IMG/VR virus record: IMGVR_UViG_3300028024_000007
Location: 1,650-65,649 of that record
Length of the DNA stretch: 64,000 bases
DNA from: a virus
Strand: one strand, 5' to 3'
Positions within the stretch are counted from its first letter, which is position 1; every line of letters starts with the position of its first letter. The position numbers and the translations under genes are program-made. This document shows, in pieces, positions 24,827-33,588 of this stretch. The notes below the pieces were generated by a model. That model made no database searches. It was not told the origin of the DNA and saw nothing but the letters and a program-made list of their open reading frames with translations.

Positions 24827-25480
24827 ATGTTGAAGAGAGCGATCGTCAGTCTGTCCCTGCTCGCCGCCGCCGCTGGGTGCGACGGTGGTGGCACGTCCGT
24901 CTCGGGCCCCGCGCACGACGCGATGTGCGCGATGAACCCGCTCGCGGTGTCGTGCAATACCAGCTCCTCCGCCGCCGCCGAGGAGGAAGCGAAGCAGGGG
25001 TCGGTGTTCGGCCCCCCGAACTTCGCGTCGGACTGGACGGCGCTGTGGGGTCTCTACAGCTGCGTGCCAGGGAACTTTTTCTCGATGGGCGGGCGGACTC
25101 GCACGTACAACGCTGGTGGAGGGTTCGGCGACTGGTACACGAGTTACGAGGACACCAACGTTGGCATCGCGTGGGGGTTCACCGAGAAGCTGACGGTGGC
25201 GCCGAGGATGAAGCTGACAGAGGCGATGGACGGCCCCTATCACGTCCTGTACAACGCCGGACCGCTGCCATACACCAGCGGCGTGTGCGTAAAGAGCACC
25301 GACCCGTTCAATCCCGGGTGTACCCCAGCGGCGATCCCGGTGTACGGGACGTGGATCTACGCTCCGAACGAGCGCCCCGACTACCCTGCCGGCGTACAGA
25401 TCATCACGATCGACCCGCAGAGCCCGGACCCGACAAAGGGGGCCTGCAACCAGCGCGTCCAGTTCGTCGTTCCGCTCTGA
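24827..25480 (+). CDS. Lipoprotein of unknown function
   Basis: Lipobox LLAAAAGC; RBS AAGGAGG; Cys pairs. Confidence 0.7.
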   Translation: MLKRAIVSLSLLAAAAGCDGGGTSVSGPAHDAMCAMNPLAVSCNTSSSAAAEEEAKQGSVFGPPNFASDWTALWGLYSCVPGNFFSMGGRTRTYNAGGGFGDWYTSYEDTNVGIAWGFTEKLTVAPRMKLTEAMDGPYHVLYNAGPLPYTSGVCVKSTDPFNPGCTPAAIPVYGTWIYAPNERPDYPAGVQIITIDPQSPDPTKGACNQRVQFVVPL

Positions 25481-25484
25481 GCGG

Positions 25485-25667
25485 TCAGTCCCCCAGGTCG
25501 ACGTGCTCGACCAGGACCCAACCGTCGTCCGTCATGGCGAACGGGAAACCACCGTAGCTGACGACCTCCTCGGCCCTGACCTCCCGGTCGGGGCCGTTGA
25601 CGTTGAAGGGGTAGAGCGGCCGCTCCGAGAGCCGCGGGCGGATGAGGACGTCCTGCTGGTTTGGCAT
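25485..25667 (-). CDS. Small hypothetical protein, the only credible minus-strand gene
   Basis: MPNQQDVLIRPRL...GWVLVEHVDL fills the gap exactly; its stop is convergent with the lipoprotein stop 4 nt away. Confidence 0.5.
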   Translation of the reverse strand: MPNQQDVLIRPRLSERPLYPFNVNGPDREVRAEEVVSYGGFPFAMTDDGWVLVEHVDLGD

Positions 25668-25787
25668 GGGCGCGTCGAGGTGCAAGTGGCGGACCTACAC
25701 GCGACCCCGCGCGGGATGCGGACCGCGCCCCCCGGGCCGGGTCACGCGGTCGTAGCGCGCGTCCCGGCCGTGCTACCGTCTCGTGGC

Positions 25788-26264
25788 ATGGGGATCGACA
25801 GGGACCAGCTCGGGAAGTGGGCGGGCCGCAAGGTCCGCTCTAGCGCCTCTCCGGCCGCGCCAGAGCCCGCCAGGCAGCCGGCGGCGGCATCCCTGCCCGC
25901 CCCCCCTCCCGGGTACACCTACGCGTTCCACGGGGGTGTACCGATGCTCGTACCGCTCCCCGCCGGGATGCCCGACGCGCCGGTGATGTCCTTCCCGTCC
26001 CACCCGAACGTCGTCCCGATCCGCCCGCGGACCCGGAACGCCAAGCTGGTCCGCCCGCTCTCGAAGGACGGGGTCGTGATCCCCGACCCGTGGGACGCGG
26101 CGCTCGCGAACCTCCCCGACCTGGCCCCCGCGCCGCAGACCGCCGCCTACTTCGAGGCGTTCGCGACCGAGCCCGAGGCGCCTGTCCAAGCGCAGCACCA
26201 GGCGATGGACAACCCGTTCGGCCGGGCCCCCCTGCAGTTCGGATCATCCGACCTCAAGAAGTAG
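25788..26264 (+). CDS. Pro-rich hypothetical protein
   Basis: ATG 25788, 8 nt after TACCGT. Confidence 0.6.
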   Translation: MGIDRDQLGKWAGRKVRSSASPAAPEPARQPAAASLPAPPPGYTYAFHGGVPMLVPLPAGMPDAPVMSFPSHPNVVPIRPRTRNAKLVRPLSKDGVVIPDPWDAALANLPDLAPAPQTAAYFEAFATEPEAPVQAQHQAMDNPFGRAPLQFGSSDLKK

Positions 26265-26278
26265 TAGGGTCCTGGGTC

Positions 26279-26503
26279 ATGAAGCCAACCGTCGCAAGGA
26301 TCGTCCATTACCACTCGTACGGGACCCCGAACGGTGAGTTCAAGCCGGCGCCGCGCGCCGCGATCATCGCCGAGGTGCACGAGGACGAGGAGTGCAGCGT
26401 CGTCGTGATGAACCCCCAGGGGTTGTTCTTCAACCGGGTCAAGCACGCCCCCGGGGACGTCCCGACGCCGGGCTGCTGGAACTGGCCGCCCCGGGAGGCG
26501 TGA
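26279..26503 (+). CDS. Conserved-looking small phage protein
   Basis: MKPTVARIVHY...AAIIAEV...NPQGLFF...WNWPPR pattern. Confidence 0.7.
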   Translation: MKPTVARIVHYHSYGTPNGEFKPAPRAAIIAEVHEDEECSVVVMNPQGLFFNRVKHAPGDVPTPGCWNWPPREA

Positions 26504-26817
26504 TGGACCTGCAGGAGGCGAGGGGTTGGGCCGAGGCCGTCCTGCGGGAGCCGCAGCACGCTGGCAAGGAGGTGGACGGCGAGCTGGTCGAGTCGTTCGC
26601 CAGGCTCCTCTCCGAGCGCGTCCAGGAGGACCGGGCGGTCCGCCGGTTCATCGGCGCCAGGAACATCATGGCGGCCGCGTTCATGGCCGATGAGGGGCTC
26701 CGCCAGGCCTACGTTGCGAACGTGGCCATGCTCCTGCACGACCGGTTCGGCGTCACCGGGTACGAGCAGCGGAACGCGGCGGCCATCGCCGTCCTGGACC
26801 TGATCTTCGCGGGCTGA
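26503..26817 (+). CDS. Hypothetical protein
   Basis: TGATG coupling. Confidence 0.6.
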   Translation: MDLQEARGWAEAVLREPQHAGKEVDGELVESFARLLSERVQEDRAVRRFIGARNIMAAAFMADEGLRQAYVANVAMLLHDRFGVTGYEQRNAAAIAVLDLIFAG

Positions 26818-26839
26818 ACCAAGAGGAGGAGCGAATCCC

Positions 26840-27142
26840 ATGAGTATGAAGATTCTCAGGAACGTTGTCGGTGACGCGGTGGCGAGCGCACTGGGGGAGG
26901 TGACGAGCATCGTCTGCCGTCTCATCCGCGGTGACGCGGTTGCGCGAGCGTGTGAGAAGTCAGACCTGTCGATGCGCGAGCGCTGCGATCTCAACGTTCA
27001 CCTGCAGTGCAAGGCGAAGCGCGTGAGCGGCGGTGACGAGTACTTCTGCCCGCGCGACGCGGGTCACGAGGAGTACGCGATCTCGCACCACTGGATGCTG
27101 GACGAGGCCCTCGCGCACCGGAAGCGCAGCGCCGCGGGCTGA
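26840..27142 (+). CDS. Hypothetical Cys/His-containing protein
   Basis: RBS GAGGAGG; C...HLQC...YFC....H motif. Confidence 0.55.
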   Translation: MSMKILRNVVGDAVASALGEVTSIVCRLIRGDAVARACEKSDLSMRERCDLNVHLQCKAKRVSGGDEYFCPRDAGHEEYAISHHWMLDEALAHRKRSAAG

Positions 27143-27146
27143 GCAC

Positions 27147-28067
27147 GTGGCCGTCTCCGCCATCCGCCGGATCATCGACCTGCACCGGCGCCAGCTGTTC
27201 GGCCTGGTGGAGATCCGCGGCGTGGAGCGCCTGCGCCCCTCGTACGACCATGCCCGGGTGGAGCTCGAGCGGAAGCTGAAGCACCTGGTGCGCGGCGGGA
27301 AGGGCCAGACGTTCCAGGCCCACCACGTCCGCCAGGTGCTGGCCCAGGTGGTGGGCGCCGTGCACGAGGTACAGAAGGGGATCGTGACCCGGCTCGAGGA
27401 CACGGGGCGGGTGGCGGCCGACCTGGCCCCGCGCCACCTCATCTCGGCCATCGAGCAGCTCCAGGAGCACTTCAAGGGGGCGACCCCGGTGCTCCAGCCG
27501 CGCCAGGCGGCGGTGTTCCAGCGCGCCTACGAGGGCCGCGCGCCGTCGCTCCTCGACCACTACGAGAGCTCGTCCCGGCTCTACGGCCCGCCCGTGATCG
27601 CGAAGGTCCGGGACCAGCTGACGCTCTCCGTGCTCCAGGGAGAGGGCGTGGACGAGGCGGTCGACCGGGTGGCCGGGGCGACCGGCCTGGTGGCCGACCA
27701 GCGCTGGCGGGCGGAGCGGATCGTCAGGACGGAAAGTTCGTTCAGTTACGGGGTGGCGACGCAGATTGGAATGGACGAGCTATCGAAGCAGACCCCGCAG
27801 ATGCTGAAGCGCTTGGTGGCGACACTCGACGATCGAACCGGCGAGGACTCCAAGGAACTGAACGGCCAGACGGTGCCAGTCGACCAGCCGTTCGTGTGGG
27901 TCGTGAAGGACTCGAAGGGAAGTCCGACCGGGAAGGTGGTCAGGTACATGCAGCCTCCCGGGAGACCCAACGACAGAGAGCTTAGTATCCCGTGGTTTTC
28001 GAACTGGCCAGCCTCGGTTTCTCTCGATCACTCTGGGCCGGTTGAGCCGACGACTCGCGGACTATAG
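27147..28067 (+). CDS. Minor head / head morphogenesis protein (Mu gpF / SPP1 gp7-like)
   Basis: RAERIVRTE, VATLDDRT, LNGQTVPVDQPF and PPGRPNDR motifs; downstream of the portal. Confidence 0.85.
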   Translation: MAVSAIRRIIDLHRRQLFGLVEIRGVERLRPSYDHARVELERKLKHLVRGGKGQTFQAHHVRQVLAQVVGAVHEVQKGIVTRLEDTGRVAADLAPRHLISAIEQLQEHFKGATPVLQPRQAAVFQRAYEGRAPSLLDHYESSSRLYGPPVIAKVRDQLTLSVLQGEGVDEAVDRVAGATGLVADQRWRAERIVRTESSFSYGVATQIGMDELSKQTPQMLKRLVATLDDRTGEDSKELNGQTVPVDQPFVWVVKDSKGSPTGKVVRYMQPPGRPNDRELSIPWFSNWPASVSLDHSGPVEPTTRGL

Positions 28068-28101
28068 CAGAACGAGAGCGCGGCCGTGGTATCGTGGCTG
28101 G

Positions 28102-28806
28102 ATGGACACGAGGAAGGTTCGGCCGGAGAGGCGGAAGTCGTTCGACTTGGCGGAGGCCCTTCGCCTGTACGGAGAAGGGAAGTCGTTCGCCTCGGTAGGG
28201 CACGACCTGGGGGTCGCCGGAGGGGTCGTCAGGAAGCGCTTACTGGAAGCGGGGGTCCAGCCGCGATCGAGGAACGGCTACTCGAGCTACCCCGGCGAGG
28301 TCGTGTTACGGAAGCTGTACCTGGAGAGGAGAATGAGCACCAGGGAGGTCGGTGCGGAGCTCGGCACGGATGCCACGACCATCAGGTTCTGGCTCAAGAT
28401 GGCTGGGATCGGGACCAGGACGATCTCGCAGGCCAAGGCGGGTAAGCCGGCGTCGCGCGCTTCGATCGCGGCCAGCGTGAAGAGTCGGAGGAAGTACGTG
28501 CGGGCTGGCATGCCGACCGTCGGTTACAAGGTTGACGGGTACGGGTATCTCGCGCGCTACGTACCGGATCATCCGATGGCTGACAGGGCCGGGTACGTGA
28601 AAGAGCACCGGCTCGTCATGGCAAAGAAGCTCGGGAGATCGCTCGGGCGTGAAGAGATCGTCCACCACGTGAACGGCGACGTCACGGACAACAACCCGTT
28701 GAACCTAGAGCTGACGACGATCTCGGAGCACATGAGGCACCACTCCAAGGACAGGGTTCGCGTCAACGGTCAGTTCGCCAGGAAGCGCGCCCGCTCCGTT
28801 CCTTGA
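28102..28806 (+). CDS. HNH homing endonuclease with N-terminal HTH-like domains
   Basis: YVKEHRLVM..KLGR.L...EIVHHVNGDVTDNNPLNLEL...EH..HH; lower GC; ATG 28102 is 6 nt after TATCGT. Confidence 0.9.
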   Translation: MDTRKVRPERRKSFDLAEALRLYGEGKSFASVGHDLGVAGGVVRKRLLEAGVQPRSRNGYSSYPGEVVLRKLYLERRMSTREVGAELGTDATTIRFWLKMAGIGTRTISQAKAGKPASRASIAASVKSRRKYVRAGMPTVGYKVDGYGYLARYVPDHPMADRAGYVKEHRLVMAKKLGRSLGREEIVHHVNGDVTDNNPLNLELTTISEHMRHHSKDRVRVNGQFARKRARSVP

Positions 28807-28832
28807 CACCCGCCGCGCGCGCAGCGCATCCT
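28803..28832 (+). promoter_or_regulatory. Putative leaderless promoter
   Basis: TTGACA-N18-CATCCT, with ATG 6 nt later at 28839. Confidence 0.6.
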
Positions 28833-28838
28833 CGGCGA

Positions 28839-29273
28839 ATGGCCAACGAGTTCGACGCTGCCGACGCCCAGAACTGGGCGAAGGAACGGGGCAAGAAGAA
28901 GGGCGCCGGAGCCGTGGGCGGCGCGGCCGCCGCCGGCGCGGACGACGAGGACGCCGCGGTAGACGACGAGGACGCGGCCGCCGACGGGCCGATGTCTCTC
29001 GGCGACCAGCTGCGCGCGGTGGCCGGGGCGATCGGGGACGGCCTCGACGTCCTGAAGGACAACGCCCTCCCGGCGGCCGACGCGAAGAAGTTCCGCAAGC
29101 GCCTGGACAAGGTCATCGAGGACATGGGCGAGACGGCCGACGAGCTCACGGAGTTCGCGGACGACTACGACAAGGCCCACGCCGATGACGAGAAGCCCGG
29201 CGACAGGGCCGACGACGAGGAGCCGGACGACGACGAGGACGACGAGGACGAAGACGCCGGGTCGGAGGACTGA
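28839..29273 (+). CDS. Highly acidic hypothetical protein
   Basis: Asp/Glu tracts in the middle and at the C-terminus. Confidence 0.7.
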   Translation: MANEFDAADAQNWAKERGKKKGAGAVGGAAAAGADDEDAAVDDEDAAADGPMSLGDQLRAVAGAIGDGLDVLKDNALPAADAKKFRKRLDKVIEDMGETADELTEFADDYDKAHADDEKPGDRADDEEPDDDEDDEDEDAGSED

Positions 29274-29276
29274 CCC

Positions 29277-29483
29277 GTGCCGCTCCCGTACAGAACGCCG
29301 GGTACCGCGCCGGTCCAGGACCGGGTGGTGGTGACCGAGGTGGTCCGCGACCCCATCGTCGACGACTTCGCCGACGGCCGGGTCCTGCAGAACCAGCGCG
29401 AGGCCTCGGGCGGGCTCTCCGACTCCGACCCCGAGAACCCGGTCCGCGACCCGATCCCCTACAAGAACCTCCGGAGGAAGTGA
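29277..29483 (+). CDS. Small protein ending NPVRDPIPYKNLRRK
   Basis: Track ORF; motif shared with 29685..29846. Confidence 0.6.
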   Translation: MPLPYRTPGTAPVQDRVVVTEVVRDPIVDDFADGRVLQNQREASGGLSDSDPENPVRDPIPYKNLRRK

Positions 29484-29485
29484 CC

Positions 29486-29653
29486 ATGCCGACACCCAGG
29501 GAGATCGCCATCAGCTCCGGCGCCGCCGGCCAGCTCGAGGAGAAGGCCGAGAAGTTCGTGAAGGAGCAGGAGCAACCGCGCGACCGCGACCCGCGCGCCA
29601 ACCCGCGCAACCCTGCGAAGCAGCCGGCCCCCGTCCGCGTCACCCGCGGCTGA
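29486..29653 (+). CDS. Small protein (55 aa), not in the ORF track
   Basis: ATG after GGAGG; hand translation MPTPREIAISSGAAGQLEEKAEKF... Confidence 0.55.
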   Translation: MPTPREIAISSGAAGQLEEKAEKFVKEQEQPRDRDPRANPRNPAKQPAPVRVTRG

Positions 29654-29684
29654 ACCACAACCCCTCTCGAGAAGGAGCGCCACC

Positions 29685-29846
29685 ATGTCCGACACTAACC
29701 CGATCGACGCCTACGACCGCGAGCACGGCAAGCCCGGCAGCCAGCCGGACGCGAAGCCGATCTCCGAGGCCGAGGCCTGGGGCACGACCCTGAACCCGGT
29801 CCGCGAGACGCCGACCCCGTTCAAGAACGTCCGCGAAGTCGGCTGA
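29685..29846 (+). CDS. Small protein (53 aa) ending NPVRETPTPFKNVREVG, not in the ORF track
   Basis: ATG after AAGGAG; hand translation. Confidence 0.6.
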   Translation: MSDTNPIDAYDREHGKPGSQPDAKPISEAEAWGTTLNPVRETPTPFKNVREVG

Positions 29847-29850
29847 CCGC

Positions 29851-30237
29851 ATGGGGCAGCCGGTCATAGTCCAGGTCACCGGGGCCGCCACGCTCGCGCC
29901 AGCCGTGAGCATGGGGGGCCCGACCCTGTTCGACACGATGCAGGTCACGGTGAACGCGGCCTACGGCGCATCCAAGGCTGGCCGCCCGAGCATCAACGCG
30001 CCGAGTACGCCGTTCGTGATCCCGCTCGAGGGCGTCGTGAAGGTCCGCTTCTTCGCGTTCCAGACGCAGATGCCGATGAAGCTCCTGGTCACGTCCCCGA
30101 ACGGCGGGGTGGACCAGGTGATCCCCTGCTCCGACCGGTTCGTGATCCACGCTCCCGGGGCGGGCGACGAGATGACCGCCCTGAAGGTCGTGGGCGTCGG
30201 CGACATCGCGTACATGATCGCGGGCGACGCCGCCTGA
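29851..30237 (+). CDS. Beta-rich putative virion protein, paralog of 62816..63430
   Basis: LLVTSPNGGVDQVIPCSD...GDEMTALKVVGVGDIAYMIAGD closely matches the 62816 product. Confidence 0.7.
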   Translation: MGQPVIVQVTGAATLAPAVSMGGPTLFDTMQVTVNAAYGASKAGRPSINAPSTPFVIPLEGVVKVRFFAFQTQMPMKLLVTSPNGGVDQVIPCSDRFVIHAPGAGDEMTALKVVGVGDIAYMIAGDAA

Positions 30238-30253
30238 GGGAGCAGTCGCCGTC

Positions 30254-30607
30254 GTGACGACGGTGGGCCCGTCCGAGGTGGTGACCGATCTGCACCTGTC
30301 GGTTGGTGACGCCCCGTGGACGTCTGCAGACCGCGGCCTGTTCGCGGTGATGTTTTCAGGGCAGCTCTCCGTCCGTCGCCGTCGCGACGACCCGTACGAC
30401 CTGGCGCTCCCGCGCGCGGCGACGTACCTCGCCGCGCGCTACGCGGGCGGGCGCGACATGGTCCTGCACCTGACGACGGACGACGGGGTGGCGCTCCTCC
30501 CGGTGTCCGGGACGGTCATCCTCCCCGGCACGAGCGTCACGGGGGTAGCGGTGTCAGGGCTGGGCGAGCTCGAGCTCCTGGTGCTCCGCGACGTGTCGGT
30601 TCCTTGA
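30254..30607 (+). CDS. Beta-rich putative virion protein, distant paralog of 29851 and 62816
   Basis: SADRGLFAV vs AQDSGLFAV; similar C-terminal strand pattern. Confidence 0.55.
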   Translation: MTTVGPSEVVTDLHLSVGDAPWTSADRGLFAVMFSGQLSVRRRRDDPYDLALPRAATYLAARYAGGRDMVLHLTTDDGVALLPVSGTVILPGTSVTGVAVSGLGELELLVLRDVSVP

Positions 30608-30633
30608 CAGCCGGTCGCGGCGTGCAGCAGTCT
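30604..30633 (+). promoter_or_regulatory. Putative promoter upstream of the head decoration-like gene
   Basis: TTGACA-N18-CAGTCT, followed by RBS AGGAG. Confidence 0.6.
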
Positions 30634-30676
30634 GGTCGGCGAGCGCGCATCTCAAACGTCCACCAGGAGATAGAAC

Positions 30677-31087
30677 ATGGCAGCCGAAACCACCCTCCGA
30701 GACAGCCTCAACACGGTCGATCCGAACCGACTCGCCGAGGTCCTCCGGCTGATGGGTTTCGGGGAGATGCTTAACCTGCTCCTGTCGGCCCTGACGGCGA
30801 CCGAGACCGGCGTCACCGTGACGGCGAACGTCGCGACGCTGGCCAACGTGCCGTCCTCGTTCGTCCTGATCAACGGGACCGCCGGCACCTCGACCGGGAT
30901 CAAGACCCTCCGCCAGGGCGCGATCTCCGGCCCGAACGCCGTCCCCCCCGTGGCCGGCGAGGCCGTGTGGGACGGCGCGAAGAAGGTCCTCTTCTCCACC
31001 GCCGACGCGATCACGACGGCGGCCTTCACGTACGCCACCGCGGCGAACGTGTCCCGCAGCATCCTGGCCCAGCCGCTCGACAAGTAA
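30677..31087 (+). CDS. Probable head decoration / structural protein
   Basis: Thr/Ala-rich beta pattern; lies just upstream of scaffold and capsid. Confidence 0.55.
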   Translation: MAAETTLRDSLNTVDPNRLAEVLRLMGFGEMLNLLLSALTATETGVTVTANVATLANVPSSFVLINGTAGTSTGIKTLRQGAISGPNAVPPVAGEAVWDGAKKVLFSTADAITTAAFTYATAANVSRSILAQPLDK

Positions 31088-31247
31088 CCCGACGAGGCGG
31101 CGCGCCAGTGCCCGGGGCACCCCGGGCGCGCCGCCTCCAGCCGAGCAGCGGGATCCCCGGGTAGGGGTCGCGAGTCCCTCCCCCACGCCCCCGCCGGGCG
31201 GTCATTCCGGCGCCTACTGACCCGAGGGACCGGAAGAGAAACGTCCG

Positions 31248-32063
31248 ATGGCCGACCAAGTAACGATCCCAGGCACCGCCCCCGTCGTCCCGCCAGTCAC
31301 GCCCGCCGTGACGCCGCCACCGGCGGGAGACCCGCCCCCGCCCGCCGCGGTGGTCCCGCCGGCAGCGGTGGTACCGCCCCCCGCGGTGACGCCGCCCCCC
31401 GCGACCCCTCCCGCCGCCGCCCCGGAGGCCAAGAAGGTGTTCCGGATCCCCCAGGCGAAGCTGGAGGCGCGCGTGGGGCGCGAGGCCGAGAAGCGGATCC
31501 AGAAGGAGCTTGGCTGCACGCTCGAGGAGGCCAAGGAGCTCCTCGCCAAGAGCAAGGCCAAGGGCGGCGGCGCCCCGGAGGGCGAGACGGAGGCCGAGCG
31601 GATCGCCCGCCTCGAGAAGAAGGCCGAGCGCGAGCGCGAGCGCGGCGACAAGTGGAAGTCCCGCCTGCAGCGCACGCGCGCCTCGCACGGCGCCGAGGTG
31701 TTCGAGCTGAACCTGCGCCACGCGGCGCTCGTGTCCGGCGTCCTCGACGACCACGTGGACTTCGCGCTCGACCGGTACCAGAAGCACGTCCAGGCGGACG
31801 GCGCCGACAAGGCGCAGGAGCCGCGCGCGTTCTTCGCCGGGCTGCGGGGGAAGTACCCCTACCTGTTCGGCAGCAGCGCCGCCCCCGTCGCCCCCGAGGT
31901 GGTCAAGGTGCCCGCGTCGACGGCGGCGCCGGAGAGCACGGCGCCCGGCGGCGGGCCGCCCGAGACGGCCGCCAAGCCCGTCGAGAAACCGGTCAACGTC
32001 GACGACATGAGTCCGGAAGAGTTCCGGCGCTACACGAGGCGCAACCACAACTACGGGGGCTGA
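31248..32063 (+). CDS. Capsid scaffolding protein
   Basis: Pro-rich N-terminus and charged coiled coil; immediately upstream of the major capsid gene. Confidence 0.7.
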   Translation: MADQVTIPGTAPVVPPVTPAVTPPPAGDPPPPAAVVPPAAVVPPPAVTPPPATPPAAAPEAKKVFRIPQAKLEARVGREAEKRIQKELGCTLEEAKELLAKSKAKGGGAPEGETEAERIARLEKKAERERERGDKWKSRLQRTRASHGAEVFELNLRHAALVSGVLDDHVDFALDRYQKHVQADGADKAQEPRAFFAGLRGKYPYLFGSSAAPVAPEVVKVPASTAAPESTAPGGGPPETAAKPVEKPVNVDDMSPEEFRRYTRRNHNYGG

Positions 32064-32066
32064 TTC

Positions 32067-32096
32067 TTGACGGCGGAGACGCCGTACAGGCAAGGT
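32067..32096 (+). promoter_or_regulatory. Putative promoter of the major capsid gene
   Basis: TTGACG-N18-CAAGGT, then RBS AAGGAG. Confidence 0.6.
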
Positions 32097-32119
32097 TTCC
32101 ACCAAGGAGATGAACGAAC

Positions 32120-33493
32120 ATGGCTGACCAGCTTTCCGTCGCATTCAACCCGAGCGTCGTCGCGACCATCCAGGACCGGACGCTGCAGCGCATGTTCCGG
32201 GACGCCCTGTTCCCGCGCCTGCTGTTCCGCATGGAGGCCACCGCCGAGCTCTGGGCGATGAACCTCGGCGGATCGCAGACGTTCACCCGGCGCGGCCTGG
32301 TGAAGCCGAAGACCCGGCCCCAGACGGCCGGCTTCGACCCGTCTCCCAAGATCGTCCCCACCGAGCAGTGGGACGCCACCGCGGCCCAGTGGGCGGACAC
32401 CGTCGACACGCACATGCCGACCAGCTACCTGACGCTGGCCAGCCAGTACCTGTCGAACATGCAGGCCCTCGGGATGCAGTCCGGCCAGTCGATCAACCGC
32501 GTCGTCCGGGACAAGCTCTACAACGCCTACGTCTCGGGCAACTCGGTGGTCGACGTCGCGCAGACCTCGACCAACACCACGGTCCACGTGGCGAACCTGG
32601 TCGGGTTCACGCGCCAGCTGTTCCAGGGTCGCCCCCAGCTGGTCAGCTCGACCAACCCGATCGGGATCACGATCCCCGCGCAGGCCGGCGGGTCGTACTC
32701 CGGTCAGGTCACCGGGTTCACCGCCGACACGGCCGGCGACGAGGTCCACGGCGGGACGCTCACCATCACCCCGGCGCTGGCCGGCAACGTGGCGGCGCGC
32801 TCGGCCATCCTCGCGACGAACGGGACCGCCCTGGTCTACTCGGGCGGCGGGACGTCGGTCGACGACATCTCCTCGGCCGACCAGCTCACGCTGGCGGACG
32901 TGCGGACCGCGGTGGCGAAGCTCCGGTTCAACAACATCCCGACCCACGAGGACGGCGCCTACCACGTCCACCTCGACCCCACGTCGGAGAACCAGATCTT
33001 CGGTGACAACGAGTTCCAGCGGCTGAACCAGTCGCTGCCCGACGGGATCCACTACCGCGAGTTCGCGGCCGGGTACCTGCTGAACTGCGCGTTCTACCGG
33101 AACAACGAGGCACCCTTCGTGACGACCTGCGACCCGGACGTCGTGAACGGCGCGACGCACGGGTTCGAGGTGACGAACGGTGCCAGCGTGAACATCCACC
33201 GCCCGATCTTCACGGGCCAGGGCGCCATCGAGGAGAAGTACCTCGACGAGTCCCGCTACATCAGCGAGGCCGGCGTGATGGGAAAGATCGGGGAGTTCGC
33301 CGTCACCAACGGCGGCGTCCAGGTCATGACCGAGCGGATCCGCCTGGTGCTCCGTTCGCCGCAGGACCGCCTGCAGCAGGTCACCAGCTCCAGCTGGTCC
33401 ATAAGCGGAGACTGGCCCGTGCCTTCGGATGCTCTGGCCACTTCCAGCCCGGCGGTGTTCAAGCGCGCGGTCTGCGTGATCCACGGCGAGTAA
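32120..33493 (+). CDS. Major capsid protein (HK97 fold, with a beta-rich insertion)
   Basis: 457 aa; follows the scaffold; strong RBS; Thr/Asn-rich codon-optimal sequence; followed by a terminator; YHVHLDP motif. Confidence 0.8.
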   Translation: MADQLSVAFNPSVVATIQDRTLQRMFRDALFPRLLFRMEATAELWAMNLGGSQTFTRRGLVKPKTRPQTAGFDPSPKIVPTEQWDATAAQWADTVDTHMPTSYLTLASQYLSNMQALGMQSGQSINRVVRDKLYNAYVSGNSVVDVAQTSTNTTVHVANLVGFTRQLFQGRPQLVSSTNPIGITIPAQAGGSYSGQVTGFTADTAGDEVHGGTLTITPALAGNVAARSAILATNGTALVYSGGGTSVDDISSADQLTLADVRTAVAKLRFNNIPTHEDGAYHVHLDPTSENQIFGDNEFQRLNQSLPDGIHYREFAAGYLLNCAFYRNNEAPFVTTCDPDVVNGATHGFEVTNGASVNIHRPIFTGQGAIEEKYLDESRYISEAGVMGKIGEFAVTNGGVQVMTERIRLVLRSPQDRLQQVTSSSWSISGDWPVPSDALATSSPAVFKRAVCVIHGE

Positions 33494-33511
33494 CGCCAGC
33501 GCCTGAGAGAG

Positions 33512-33551
33512 CGGCCGTCCCGGGGAGACCCAGGGCGGCCGTTTCTATTTT
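33512..33551 (+). terminator. Rho-independent terminator
   Basis: CGGCCGTCCCGGG-GAGA-CCCAGGGCGGCCG stem with a GNRA loop, followed by TTTCTATTTT. Confidence 0.85.
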
Positions 33552-33588
33552 GGCGACAGGCGGCGCGCGCGGGCGTACCGTCTCCGTC

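Noticed and set aside
28839-30607. Prohead protease
   Set aside because: None of the ORFs between gpF and the scaffold shows HK97-, ClpP- or S49-type catalytic motifs.
31163-31179. tRNA T-arm-like hairpin AGGGG-TCGCGAG-TCCCT
   Set aside because: The loop lacks TTC, and no acceptor stem, D arm or anticodon arm can be built around it.
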